DNA of 64,000 nucleotides from Chitinophaga pinensis (GTDB taxonomy: Bacteria; Bacteroidota; Bacteroidia; UKL13-3). The notes under the pieces are model-generated. The model ran no database searches and was not told the DNA's origin. It worked only from the letters and a program-made list of their open reading frames with translations. Every line of letters starts with the position of its first letter. Position 1 is the first letter of the stretch. The translations under genes and the position numbers were made by a program. Of the stretch, positions 50,641 to 61,010 are shown piece after piece. The DNA lies in assembly GCA_945873755.1 (NCBI GenBank), contig CAMCEM010000002.1, forward strand, positions 3,915-67,914, in the 5' to 3' direction.

Positions 50641-50888
50641 AAATTCACCTTATCTAACTCTAAAAGTAAATCCTCTTCATTAATATTTGAAGTATAATTT
50701 TGAGTAGATAAATATTCGGTAAGTTCAATATCTGAAGCAAGCCTACCTATGCCAAAAGCTATGTTATGGGGAGTAAGTTTTACTTTATTTACAGTTGAAA
50801 TATTTTTAACAAAAGGCAATGTCTCACATATTTTTTTCAGTTCTTCTACATTTTCTTTTGTATCAATTTCTATTGTTAAAATTTCCAT
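50637..50888 (-). CDS. Putative antitoxin
   Basis: 83 aa, acidic; TATATTTG promoter at 50900-50893; paralogue of 15890..16138. Confidence 0.55.
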   Translation of the reverse strand: MEILTIEIDTKENVEELKKICETLPFVKNISTVNKVKLTPHNIAFGIGRLASDIELTEYLSTQNYTSNINEEDLLLELDKVNL

Positions 50889-51074
50889 AGTTCAAATATA
50901 TCGTATTTTATTTTTTTGTAAAAAGGAATTTTTTAATATCTCTAATTTATTACAAATTACCTTTGTTACATTTTATCAAAAAGGGCTTCATATACAAAAT
51001 TTATTAAGCACAGTTAAGATTTATAAAGTAACTCCTACAATTCCTGAAAACCTAAATTTATTTAATTATAAAAT

Positions 51075-52832
51075 ATGAATTATTTATTGAATAAACTAAA
51101 AAATAAAAAAAACTATATTTTCTTTTTTGATTATTTAGAGCATACTTGTACTATGAAAATGTTTCTGTTTTGCTTCATTATTTTAATATCAAATTTTTGT
51201 ATCGCACAAAAAAAAGGATTAAAAACTGAAAATATATTCCTGGTTCCCGAAAAACATGAAACAAATATTGATAGTTTAGCTTCCTATTTTAATAAAACTT
51301 ATAAGGAAGATAGTACAAAAATAAAGGCAATTTATGTATGGATTGCAACTCATATTTTGTACGACTATAAATTATTAAAAATGAGTTATGGCTCATTTTA
51401 TAATCAGGAAGATAAAGTAGTTTTTAAAAATCGAATTGCGGTTTGTGCGGGGTATGCTAATTTATTCCATACTATTTGTACAAAATGTAATATTCAATGC
51501 GAAGTTATAACTGGTTTTGCTTATTCTAAAGAAAAAATCAATCTATCTAAGATAAACGATACACGGCATGGTTGGAATGCAGCTCGTATTAATGGCAAAT
51601 GGTATTTGTACGATGTAACTTGGGCTAGTAATAGATACGAATACAATAAACAACTAAACGGTAACTTTTGGTACTATTTCCAAACCGACCCTTATTTATT
51701 TTCATCAGGGCATTTGCCTGATGACGACATGTGGCAATTAAGAGAAAATATTATTAGTTATTCAAATTGGTTTAATAGAAAACAATCGGATTTTATTAAA
51801 CAAAATATTAAACCTAAATATAACTACGATAGTATAATAGAATACCACCAAAAACTAAAAGAAACTCAACTTATAAATTTAAAACTTAGCGAAGATTTTT
51901 ATGAAAATTTAGCGAATTTATTTAATGATATTAACATAAATATAAATGCTTATGAAACATTAGTTTACAACAAAAACAGTAGAACAATGTATAGCTCAAG
52001 TAAAGACTTTTTTGTAAATGATTCCTTTTTACAAAACCAAAAGTTATCATTTACAAATTATTATAAAATTATTGATAGTATTCAAAATTTACTAAATGAT
52101 ACAATCCTTTATGAAACTGATTCAACCAATTTTACACATACTATTAAACTTAAACAATATTTTGAAAGAGAATTGATTTGTTTGGATAGATTTATAAATT
52201 TTTCAAAATTTAGAAGATCAGGTGCTATATATCGCCCTGTTTATAGTAAATGGTTTATGGAAAACGCATACACCAAAACATATGAGTCTGAATTTTATGA
52301 AAAGGAAATGGACTTTTGTGTTTTTTTTAATATTAATAATGTAAATCCATTATATAATAATATTAAACAAGCAGGTTATTCAAGTTCTTTTGATTTTGGA
52401 CTTGGTTACATTCATAAAAATTATACTTTTAAGTATCTTTTAGATATCATGTTCACCAACAATCCTAACTACTTTGTTAATTTCAATAACACAAATAAAA
52501 AAGCAATATCTGCTTCTGCAAATAATTTTATGCTGCAAGCTGACTATAAATACTACAGATACAATAAATTAGCTTTATTTTTATCTTCAGGTTTAGGTTT
52601 AAATATGTTAACCCAATATATTGATAAAGAAACTTCGAAAGAAATTAACGATTTAAGTCCACGTTTATCAATAGGGCATTCTGTAACTTATAGGTATAAT
52701 ATTTTGTATTACTTTTCACTTAACACAGGTATTAGTTACTTAAATAACAGTACAAATTTAGGTCAAAACTTAAGTGGAATTATTTATAATATTGGAATTG
52801 GAGTTGGTTTTGGTGCAAATAAAATGTGGTAA
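51075..52832 (+). CDS. Transglutaminase-like (KY-type) protein with a C-terminal beta-barrel-like region
   Basis: AIYVWI, AVCAGYA, HGWNA, DVTW triad; alternating aromatic strands at the C-terminus. Confidence 0.75.
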   Translation: MNYLLNKLKNKKNYIFFFDYLEHTCTMKMFLFCFIILISNFCIAQKKGLKTENIFLVPEKHETNIDSLASYFNKTYKEDSTKIKAIYVWIATHILYDYKLLKMSYGSFYNQEDKVVFKNRIAVCAGYANLFHTICTKCNIQCEVITGFAYSKEKINLSKINDTRHGWNAARINGKWYLYDVTWASNRYEYNKQLNGNFWYYFQTDPYLFSSGHLPDDDMWQLRENIISYSNWFNRKQSDFIKQNIKPKYNYDSIIEYHQKLKETQLINLKLSEDFYENLANLFNDINININAYETLVYNKNSRTMYSSSKDFFVNDSFLQNQKLSFTNYYKIIDSIQNLLNDTILYETDSTNFTHTIKLKQYFERELICLDRFINFSKFRRSGAIYRPVYSKWFMENAYTKTYESEFYEKEMDFCVFFNINNVNPLYNNIKQAGYSSSFDFGLGYIHKNYTFKYLLDIMFTNNPNYFVNFNNTNKKAISASANNFMLQADYKYYRYNKLALFLSSGLGLNMLTQYIDKETSKEINDLSPRLSIGHSVTYRYNILYYFSLNTGISYLNNSTNLGQNLSGIIYNIGIGVGFGANKMW

Positions 52833-52854
52833 TTTTTTTTTTTACTTTTACAAA

Positions 52855-53505
52855 ATGATAAACCTAAATTTTGATGCCTTGCCAATTATAGAAACTGATA
52901 GGTTAATACTTAGAGCAGTTACTGAAAATGATGTGGAGGATGTGTTTGAAATACGCTCCAACCCAATAACTATGCTTTTTATTCCTAGGCCAATTGCAAA
53001 AACAAAAAACGATGCATTGGATGTAATTAATTTAATAAAGAATGGTATTGAAACTAAATCAAAAATTAACTGGGCAATAACCCAAAAAGGAAACAATAAA
53101 CTTATTGGAATAATTGGTTATGTAAATATACACGAACACAATAGCAGGGCCGAAGTTGGTTATGTTTTAAACGAAAACTATCACCGAAAGGGAATTACTA
53201 TCGAAGCATTACAGGCAGTAATTCAATTTGGGTTCAATCAGTTTAACTTCCATTCTATTGAAGCAGTAATAAACCCTGAAAACTTAGCTTCTTGCAACTT
53301 GGCTTTAAAATATGATTTTACCAAAGATGCTTACTTTAAAGATTATACATTTAGCAATAATGTATATACTGATGCTTATGTGTTTTCGTTATTAAAACTT
53401 TGTAAAAATAACCTTTCCAGAGTCACATCAATTCATTGTAAATTAGAAAAGTGGTACATAACTAAGTTTTATGTTTTTACACTAATTCTTACAGCAAAAG
53501 TTTAG
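52855..53505 (+). CDS. RimJ/RimL-type GNAT acetyltransferase with a non-native C-terminal extension
   Basis: ETDRLILR, LIGIIG, AEVGY.L, KGIT.EA, NLAS. Confidence 0.85.
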   Translation: MINLNFDALPIIETDRLILRAVTENDVEDVFEIRSNPITMLFIPRPIAKTKNDALDVINLIKNGIETKSKINWAITQKGNNKLIGIIGYVNIHEHNSRAEVGYVLNENYHRKGITIEALQAVIQFGFNQFNFHSIEAVINPENLASCNLALKYDFTKDAYFKDYTFSNNVYTDAYVFSLLKLCKNNLSRVTSIHCKLEKWYITKFYVFTLILTAKV

Positions 53506-54088
53506 CACCAATTGACATGGATAATTTATTAAAATCTGAATTGTTTGAAAAAGTTGTATTACCAAATAAAAATTTAAATTGAGTATTAGTATAGGCTGCT
53601 AACTTGTTTTTAATCAAAGTATACTCTATGTTTACACTTGGGCTAAGAAAATAATTAAATGAATTTGTCAACAACACTTTATCATATTTTGGAGTCCAAA
53701 AATAATTGTAACCATCTTTATAAATAAATGAAGTAGATAAACCATTAACTAAACCTAAAAAAATACTACTTTTTTTGCTCTTACTTCTTAAGATAAGTTT
53801 ATGTGCTTTCAAACCTATATCCATCATATAAAAATTTAAGTTTGGGTTTGATAAATTATATTCGTTTAAAATATTTTCTTTTGAATAAGTGTTCATAATA
53901 AATCCAAACTCATAACTTTTAAAAGTTTTATCAAAACTTATATTAATTCCAGTTATTTTATAAGTATTAAAATCGGAAGACACATAACCTAATTGCATTG
54001 CGGTAAAGAATTCTTTACTTTCTTGAGCAAAAGTTTTAGTAATCGAACTAAAACAAATACATATTAATAATAATTGTAACCGTCTCAT
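53489..54088 (-). CDS. Putative outer-membrane beta-barrel protein
   Basis: Signal peptide; amphipathic strands; ends SIGAKLLL. Confidence 0.6.
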   Translation of the reverse strand: MRRLQLLLICICFSSITKTFAQESKEFFTAMQLGYVSSDFNTYKITGINISFDKTFKSYEFGFIMNTYSKENILNEYNLSNPNLNFYMMDIGLKAHKLILRSKSKKSSIFLGLVNGLSTSFIYKDGYNYFWTPKYDKVLLTNSFNYFLSPSVNIEYTLIKNKLAAYTNTQFKFLFGNTTFSNNSDFNKLSMSIGAKLLL

Positions 54089-54092
54089 GACC

Positions 54093-54785
54093 CTAACTAT
54101 AAAATCCTTTAACCCAAGCCATTATTGCAGAAATTGCAGAAACGACAACTGCTGAAATTAAGGAAGTACAAATAGCAATATCGGTTCCTCCGCCTGGCAG
54201 TTGTATAACAACAGTATAGGTAATCATAAGAGTTACTACATCTGCATCTATAATTGATCTTCCTCCAACATCTAAGTCAGGATAATTGGTTGTTAAATAG
54301 TTACCCCATGGACTCGAACCAATATTATCAATTTGATAATTCCAATAATCAGCACTATGTTTACCTAATGCAATCGCAATTAAAGCAGGTTGAAGTATTT
54401 CATAAGAATAACTAGACTTTATCAACTCTGCTTCTAATATTTCCAAATCTCCTCTAACATCGGTCCTTGAATTAGCATTCAAAATAGTACTTGAAATTTT
54501 ACTATAAATGAAAGATAATACAGCGTTGATATCACTAGGTTTTTTGTCAATATCATTACATAGATAAGCATTTAAAGCATTTGCTCCAGCGGGTGTATAT
54601 TTAGTTTTTTGCCAAATTGAAGGACTCGCAATACCATCGCAAGTAATACACATGTACGTAGCGGCTAAATCTAATACTTCTTCAACAGTTGGACTAGCTC
54701 CCAAATTATTAATAATGTAATCCAATCCATCATTGTGTAATAGTCCAACGGATTCATAAGGGTTTGTTACTGATTCTCCTGACAT
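54093..54785 (-). CDS. Hypothetical protein with an NPY..VG..HN.GL motif and a hydrophobic C-terminal hairpin
   Basis: ORF preceded by a TACGTTTG promoter (54822-54815). Confidence 0.65.
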   Translation of the reverse strand: MSGESVTNPYESVGLLHNDGLDYIINNLGASPTVEEVLDLAATYMCITCDGIASPSIWQKTKYTPAGANALNAYLCNDIDKKPSDINAVLSFIYSKISSTILNANSRTDVRGDLEILEAELIKSSYSYEILQPALIAIALGKHSADYWNYQIDNIGSSPWGNYLTTNYPDLDVGGRSIIDADVVTLMITYTVVIQLPGGGTDIAICTSLISAVVVSAISAIMAWVKGFYS

Positions 54786-55124
54786 AATTTTATATTTTAA
54801 TTAATTTTTAATAACAAACGTAGAAATAATTTTTTTATTTAAAAAAAATTGCAATGAATGATATTTATCATGTAAAAAGATTATTTTTATTATTCATTTT
54901 GTTAATTATACTAAATTATAAGTTTATAAAACTCTCTCATTCTCATAATATACAATAATCTAGTGTAAAATAAATAAAAGAAAATTATATTAATAGCACC
55001 TACAATCCTAAGATTATTTGTTAAGTTCCAATAAATATAAACTTTATATCTAGGCCAATTGCTTTTAACTTAAACGATGCCTTTACAAAAATAGAATAAA
55101 TGAAGATATAAAACCAACATCTAA

Positions 55125-55426
55125 TTATTGGAATAATTGGTTATGTAAATATACACAAGCACAATAGTAGAGCCGAAGTTGGATATTTTTTAAACGAAAA
55201 TTATCACCAAAAAGGAATTACTATCGAGGCATTACACGCAGTAATTCAATTTGGGTTCAATCAATTTAGCTTCCTTTCAATTGAAGCAGTAATAAACCCT
55301 GAGAACTTAGCTTCTTGCAACTTGATTATAAAATATGGTTTTACAAAAGATGCTTACTTTAAAGATTATACCTTTAGCAACAATGTATACACTGATGCTT
55401 ATGTGTTTTCGTTTCTAAAAAAATAA
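55125..55426 (+). pseudogene. Second, 5'-truncated copy of the GNAT 3' half
   Basis: Matches 53102..53390 with about 23 substitutions (hand count); ends VFSFLKK*. Confidence 0.9.
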
Positions 55427-55434
55427 AACAACAG

Positions 55435-56319
55435 TTAAACTGCAGCAGTTTCTATTAAATTTACTTCTGCAATAAACTTTCTTTCTTTTAGCAAGTAGCC
55501 ATTGCCTTTTACTAAAATATGTACTTTAATATTTTCAATACAAATTGGTGAGCTTTCGCTTACATCGGTAATATTCGAAAATTTAATGTCTCTCCCATCA
55601 ACAATTACTACAGCACCACTGCCAATAACTTCTAAATGATTGTTGTTTATAATTATTACACCAGTATCCTCGCCTAAGCCAATTCCGGTGCATTGTGGGT
55701 TGCTAGCAACCGCTTGTGCCAAACGGTTAAATCTACCTCGTTTATCAAAATGCGAATCGATAATAACATTGGGAATGTAAGCCAACCCGGTTGTAATTTT
55801 TACTTCTCCTTTTAAATGAGCCAATTCACTTTTACCACTGTAAATCATGGTATTGCTCATAGCCATTGCACCTGCACTTGTGCCTGCAATTACAAACGAT
55901 TCTTCTCCAAAATACCTTTCGTTTAATACTTGGTATATTTCAGTTCCACCAAAAATACTTGTTAAACGCAATTGGTCGCCACCTGAAAAAAGTATGCCAT
56001 CACAGTCTTTTACTCGTTGTATGTATTCTGGATTTTGAACTTCCTCGCGGTTTCTTATATTCATAACACCTGCTCGGGTACAACCTATTTTACCAAAAGC
56101 ATCAATGTAATTTTGCCCCACTTCTTGGGGAATAGATGAAGCTGTAGTAATCACTTCTATTTTTTTATTCGACCCTCCAACTTCTTCTACAAATCGCTTT
56201 AGAATTGCTAAACTAAAAAAATTTAGACTTTTAACTGAGTGCCCATATCCATTTTCAGGCTCTGTGCCTTTATCTTCTGCACCACCAATTGATATGAGTT
56301 TTCCTTTTGGTATATTCAA
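55435..56319 (-). CDS. cphB: Cyanophycinase (peptidase S51)
   Basis: IGGAED, FSGGDQ, AGTSAGA, IDSHF..RGR..RL, GLGEDTG. Confidence 0.88.
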   Translation of the reverse strand: MNIPKGKLISIGGAEDKGTEPENGYGHSVKSLNFFSLAILKRFVEEVGGSNKKIEVITTASSIPQEVGQNYIDAFGKIGCTRAGVMNIRNREEVQNPEYIQRVKDCDGILFSGGDQLRLTSIFGGTEIYQVLNERYFGEESFVIAGTSAGAMAMSNTMIYSGKSELAHLKGEVKITTGLAYIPNVIIDSHFDKRGRFNRLAQAVASNPQCTGIGLGEDTGVIIINNNHLEVIGSGAVVIVDGRDIKFSNITDVSESSPICIENIKVHILVKGNGYLLKERKFIAEVNLIETAAV

Positions 56320-56384
56320 TGTTAACTATTTAAAATTAAAAAAACTTACTAAACTTCCCCGCCCATTTACTTTTTTTATAAAGC

Positions 56385-56741
56385 TTATTCTTCGTCTTCT
56401 TCCTCCCCTTCCCACTCTTGGTCTGGGCTTGTCCACTCTTCACCTTCCATCATTTTACGGTATTCTATCAACTCCTCTTTGTTGTACTTGTTGTTAAAAT
56501 CGCTTAACAAATCTAATAAATAATCTAAATTAGCTTTCCCATCATCCTCAGTATATTCAAAAGTATAATTACCATTTTCTTCAATGTTTTCGTAAGCTAA
56601 TCTAATCATTCTTACATAGCCAGGCTGGTTTAAATTTTCAATAAAATGTTGGCGTAATTCTTTTAATTGTGCTACTACTTTTTCAGCATCAAATCCATCT
56701 TTTGCCAATGTTTGTTTAATGGCATCTATCAATTGCTTCAT
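56385..56741 (-). CDS. Hypothetical protein
   Basis: LKELR...P...R.IRLAYE; N.YNKEEL. Confidence 0.7.
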   Translation of the reverse strand: MKQLIDAIKQTLAKDGFDAEKVVAQLKELRQHFIENLNQPGYVRMIRLAYENIEENGNYTFEYTEDDGKANLDYLLDLLSDFNNKYNKEELIEYRKMMEGEEWTSPDQEWEGEEEDEE

Positions 56742-56823
56742 TCTTTTATATTATTTTGGTGGCGAAAATAAGGTTTTGTTTTAAAACTCTAACTATTTAT
56801 TGTTTATTTGTTAAAGAAGTGAA

Positions 56824-57000
56824 TTTGAGGTTTGGGAGATGAGATTTGGAATGTGGGAAATGAGCACTGAGATGGGAGAAAAAAATTTGCAATTTGCAAG
56901 GCGCATTGCTTAAAATTCAAAAACCAACAATTAATAATTAAACAAATAAGCAGTTAAGCAATCAAAAAATCAACAAGTCAAAAATCTCCAAATCAAAAAC
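56824..57000. repeat. Heptamer array (56824-56879) and opposite-polarity degenerate octamer array (56936-56998)
   Basis: TTTGAGG TTTGGGA GATGAGA TTTGGAA TGTGGGA AATGAGC...; AATTAAAC AAATAAGC AGTTAAGC AATCAAAA... Confidence 0.7.
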
Positions 57001-58293
57001 CTACACAAACATTTCCTCTTGCTCTTTGTCTAATTCTTCTTTGTCTTTATCTATTTTACGTTTAACTAATAATTGTAAAGCAGGCCCAGCCATAACTGAT
57101 GTTACCACTGCCATAACAACTATAGCCACAAATAATTTTTGGTTTATTAAACCTGCTTGTAAAGCCAATAATGCTAAAATAATTTCCATTGCTCCTCGGG
57201 CGTTCATTCCAAAACCTACAGCCAAGCTTTCTTGTTTAGTTAATCCACCCCAAAGTGCACCTAAACCCGCACCTAATAATTTGCAAACTATAGCAATTAC
57301 AAGCACCAAAGCGGTAACTTGCAGATCGAAATTTGCAAAAAAGTTAACTTTGAAACCAATTGAAACAAAAAACAATGGAGCAAAAATATTGGTAACAAAT
57401 TGGTTTACAATTTCTCTAGTTTTTTCAGTTAAATGCACACTGTCGCCAAAAGCAATACCCACTATAAATGCACCAAAAATAGCGTGAATACCAATAAACT
57501 CGGTAAATGCAGCTCCTAAAAATGCCAAACCTAACGAAATACTTAAAAATCCACCTGGCCAGCTAAAGTTTTTTTTGGCCCATGGCAACGATTTATTAAT
57601 AATAATTCGGCCAATAGTTAGCATTGCAACTGCATACAAAATTGTTAACCCTAAAGTATACAAAAAACCATGAGCCAATGCGTTGCTTTTTAACATTCCT
57701 AAAATAACAGAAAATAACAACCAACCAATTATATCATCAAACATGGCTGCAGCAATAATTATCATTCCAACTTTGGTTCTAAACAAACCTAAATCCATTA
57801 AAGTACGAGCTATAATTGGTAAAGCCGAAACAGCCATTGCTGTTCCAAAAAACAAACTAAACAAAATTAATCTAAAATGATTGTTATAATTTTCGCCAAA
57901 TAATGGAAAAAAATAATAAGCTGCTAAAAAACCTAAACCCAAGGGAATAATTAAACCTAAAAAACTGGTTTTTAATGCTGTTTTACCTTGCTGACGGATA
58001 ATTGAAAGATCGACTTCCATGCCTGCCACAAACAATAACATAATTACCGAAATGGATGTAATTCCATTAAAAGCAATATGAGAATTACTATTTTGGTTTA
58101 ACACTAAATTACTAATTTTAGGGAAATATTGACCCAATAAACTAGGTCCTAAACAAATACCCGCTACCAATTCGCCAACCACCAATGGCATTTTTAATTT
58201 CCTGAAAAACTCACCCACAAGCCTAGCCACAATAAGCAAAATGCCTAAGCTCAAAATTAAACTTATTATTTCTTGGTGATTAAGGGTTTTCAT
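57001..58293 (-). CDS. Cation:proton antiporter (CPA2)
   Basis: GELVAGICLGPS, LF.AGME, SALP, FDD, GAF, PLFFVSIG, RGAME. Confidence 0.9.
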   Translation of the reverse strand: MKTLNHQEIISLILSLGILLIVARLVGEFFRKLKMPLVVGELVAGICLGPSLLGQYFPKISNLVLNQNSNSHIAFNGITSISVIMLLFVAGMEVDLSIIRQQGKTALKTSFLGLIIPLGLGFLAAYYFFPLFGENYNNHFRLILFSLFFGTAMAVSALPIIARTLMDLGLFRTKVGMIIIAAAMFDDIIGWLLFSVILGMLKSNALAHGFLYTLGLTILYAVAMLTIGRIIINKSLPWAKKNFSWPGGFLSISLGLAFLGAAFTEFIGIHAIFGAFIVGIAFGDSVHLTEKTREIVNQFVTNIFAPLFFVSIGFKVNFFANFDLQVTALVLVIAIVCKLLGAGLGALWGGLTKQESLAVGFGMNARGAMEIILALLALQAGLINQKLFVAIVVMAVVTSVMAGPALQLLVKRKIDKDKEELDKEQEEMFV

Positions 58294-58538
58294 TTGGAGA
58301 TTTATTCATTTGGAGATTTGGAGATTTGGAGATTTATTGATTTAAGGAATTATTTTATTGTTGTATTGTTGTATTGTTAAATTGTTGTATTGTCTATTGC
58401 TTATTGTCTATTGTCTATTGTCTATTGCTTATTGTCTATTGCCTATTGCTTATTGCTTATTGTCTTTTGCTGATTGCTGATTGCTGATTGCTGATTGCTA
58501 ATTGTATTTTATTCAGCATTTCGAACTCCTCACTCCCT
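58292..58538. repeat. Composite octamer/heptamer array filling the intergenic space
   Basis: ATTTGGAG-type x7; ATTGTTGT-type x4; ATTG(T/C)NN x17 (58389-58507); four opposite-polarity heptamers at 58511-58538. Confidence 0.92.
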
Positions 58539-59402
58539 TTACTCTTCCGGTACGTTTACCAATAATAAATTACAAGGCAAATCGGCTAAAGCAAATTCAA
58601 TGTCATTTGGAAATACCCTGTCAATCAAATTTAGTTTTCTATCGGGTGAATTTAATACCAATAAATCTGCTTTAATTTCTCGAGCATATTTAGTAATTAC
58701 ATAACCTGGCTTTCCTTCTATTCTTTCAGTATTTATTTTTAAATCAGAACAATCATTACAACTTAAAATGTATTCTAATTTTTTATCTTCTTCCTCTATT
58801 AACCTCTCTTTGTGTTGAGCCATTTCGTTTTCTCTAAATTCATCACTTCTTATCAATGCTGCTTTATTCAAATCGGTTTCTTGAATAATATCAACATTTT
58901 TAACGTTAAACGCTTTAGCAATTTCTATAGCCTTGGCAATGGTAGTCTCAGTTTTTGGATTATCAGAACCTTCAACTACTATGTGGTGAAGAGGAATTGA
59001 CTCTATAGAAGGTTCGGTTAACATAAGCATACTGCATTTTACCCTTCTGCTTAACTTGCGGGCAATACTTCCCATAAAATATTTAATCAAACTCTCCTTT
59101 TCTAAAGCTCCGGCTACCAATAAGTCTATATTTTCTTCCTCACAAATTTGCAAAATCGATTCTACTGGTTCACCTTCTTGCCATATTAATTTTGAATTAT
59201 TTAATAAATCATATTTTGATAACAGCTCTTTTAAAGTTTTTTCGTCTTCAATATTCTTTTGGCCAATATGTATAAAGATCAAGTTTGCATGAAAGCCATT
59301 TTGCATTTTACTAGCTTCGGCTATAATAGCTTCTAATCTGGGAGAAAATGCTATTGCAATTCCTATTTTTTCAAAAATTAAAGTTGTGTTCTCTTCACTC
59401 AT
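58539..59402 (-). CDS. Tandem universal stress protein
   Basis: Two USP domains: IAFSP, DLLVAG, MGS; ADLLV, LPCNLLLV. Confidence 0.8.
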   Translation of the reverse strand: MSEENTTLIFEKIGIAIAFSPRLEAIIAEASKMQNGFHANLIFIHIGQKNIEDEKTLKELLSKYDLLNNSKLIWQEGEPVESILQICEEENIDLLVAGALEKESLIKYFMGSIARKLSRRVKCSMLMLTEPSIESIPLHHIVVEGSDNPKTETTIAKAIEIAKAFNVKNVDIIQETDLNKAALIRSDEFRENEMAQHKERLIEEEDKKLEYILSCNDCSDLKINTERIEGKPGYVITKYAREIKADLLVLNSPDRKLNLIDRVFPNDIEFALADLPCNLLLVNVPEE

Positions 59403-59459
59403 CTTTTGTAATTATTAATTTAAAAGTTAAAAAAATTTATAGCGCAAATAAAGTAATAA

Positions 59460-60824
59460 TTATTCATTAGTTAATAACCAAACTAAACTAGCAATTGCTG
59501 CAGCACCTAAGTGTAATTCGCGTTCGTTTACCGCTTCAAATACATCATTTTCTGTATGGTGATAATCAAAATACCGTTGCGAATCAGGCACGTAACCAAT
59601 CAATGCTTTACAATTGTTTTTTAACGGGCCAATATCAGCACCACCGCCACCAAGGTCTATTTTATCCCAACCGTAGTTTCTGAACAAATGTGCTTTTGCA
59701 TTGATGTTTTTATAAATAGAAGAATCACTAATTCCAAAGCCACGAGGCACAAATCCACCCGCATCGGTTTCAATGGCCGCATAATGATTTTCATTGTTTT
59801 TTTCTGCTAATTCATCATATTTTATTCCACCACGCAAACCATTTTCTTCGTTCATAAATAATACCGCACGCAATGTTCTTTCATGTTTTAAATTTAAGGT
59901 TTTAAACAAACGCAAAACTTCAATGCTTTGCACACAACCTGCACCGTCATCGTGAGCACCTTCTCCAACATCCCAACTATCCAAATGGCCACCAACCAAT
60001 ACAATTTCATTGGCTTTTGTAGTTCCATTTAACTGACCAATGACGTTATAACTCAAAACACTGTCGATGGTATTTTGGCAATTTAAGTTAAAGTAAAACT
60101 TAGTTTCGTTATTTGTCTTTAGCGATTTACTTAACACATCGGCATGATTGCTACTAATTGCACAAGCTGGAATTTTCGGAAATGAATCGTTGTAATACAT
60201 AGCTCCAGTATGAGCAAATTCATCGTGGGCCAGAGTCATGCTTCGAACTACAACTCCTACCGCTCCGTATTTTGCAGCCTCACTTGCTCCGCGCCCACGT
60301 TGGTTCACTGCCCCACCATAAGCACTACCTGTACTAATTTGAGTTGGGTCCATTGCACGATTAAAAAACACAATTTTACCTTGCACTTTTTCTTTGCCTA
60401 AGCTGCGCAATTCTTCAAAATTTTTTACTTCAATTACGTTGGCTGTTACGCCATTTTTAGGTGTAGAAACTGAACCACCCAAGGCTAAAATATTTACTTG
60501 CATTGGTTTAAATCCGGGTAGTATTTTACCAATTTCGGTTTGTTTGCTGCCTCTTACCCAACGTGGAACCATAACAGGTTGAAGCCACACACTATCAAAA
60601 CCATAACTTTTCATTTTACTATACATCAGCTGTACGGCTTTTCCGGCCTCCGGACTACCACTGATTCGGTTGCCTACTTTTTTGCATAAATCACGCAAAT
60701 CAGAATAGGCTTTTCCGTTAAGCAATACTTCGTCAGTAATTTGTTTAATAACAGCAGCATCGTTGGTTTGAGCCGTTAGTTGGAAGCAATAAAGAGAAAA
60801 TAAAAGTATAAAAAATTTGTTCAT
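59460..60824 (-). CDS. M28 peptidase (carboxypeptidase Q-like)
   Basis: G.RISGS, GGHLDSWD, GAHDDG, NEENG, ETD, YHH; likely start MNKFF. Confidence 0.9.
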   Translation of the reverse strand: MNKFFILLFSLYCFQLTAQTNDAAVIKQITDEVLLNGKAYSDLRDLCKKVGNRISGSPEAGKAVQLMYSKMKSYGFDSVWLQPVMVPRWVRGSKQTEIGKILPGFKPMQVNILALGGSVSTPKNGVTANVIEVKNFEELRSLGKEKVQGKIVFFNRAMDPTQISTGSAYGGAVNQRGRGASEAAKYGAVGVVVRSMTLAHDEFAHTGAMYYNDSFPKIPACAISSNHADVLSKSLKTNNETKFYFNLNCQNTIDSVLSYNVIGQLNGTTKANEIVLVGGHLDSWDVGEGAHDDGAGCVQSIEVLRLFKTLNLKHERTLRAVLFMNEENGLRGGIKYDELAEKNNENHYAAIETDAGGFVPRGFGISDSSIYKNINAKAHLFRNYGWDKIDLGGGGADIGPLKNNCKALIGYVPDSQRYFDYHHTENDVFEAVNERELHLGAAAIASLVWLLTNE

Positions 60825-61010
60825 TATCTGTAATATATTTAATGCATTCAAATATATTGTTTGTAAGGGATTTTAAAAGCGGGAAATAGAGAGTACTTTT
60901 AATTTTGAAAAATGACTAAGTTTTTTTATTAGATTGGTTGTAGCCAAAGGCTTTTTATTAAAGTCTCTTGTGAAAGGCTAACAAGTATAGGAAGATTGCA
61001 CCATAAACAA

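Noticed and set aside
53102..55413. DGR template/variable repeat pair, prompted by the Avd-like gene at 11315
   Set aside because: Mismatches include C/T, G/T and G/C, many are synonymous, and they are not adenine-specific in either copy; no reverse transcriptase is present in the window.
55435..56319. Complete cyanophycin locus
   Set aside because: Only cphB is present; no synthetase is visible in this window.
35113..58538. CRISPR arrays at the repeat tracts and at the 79-bp duplication
   Set aside because: The tracts are contiguous 7/8-mers without spacers, the duplication has only two copies, and there are no cas genes.
58495..58704. Short antisense or overlapping ORFs throughout the track (also 3383, 13997, 34440, 36183, 39390, 57026)
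   Set aside because: They are shadow frames of well-supported genes and carry no motifs.
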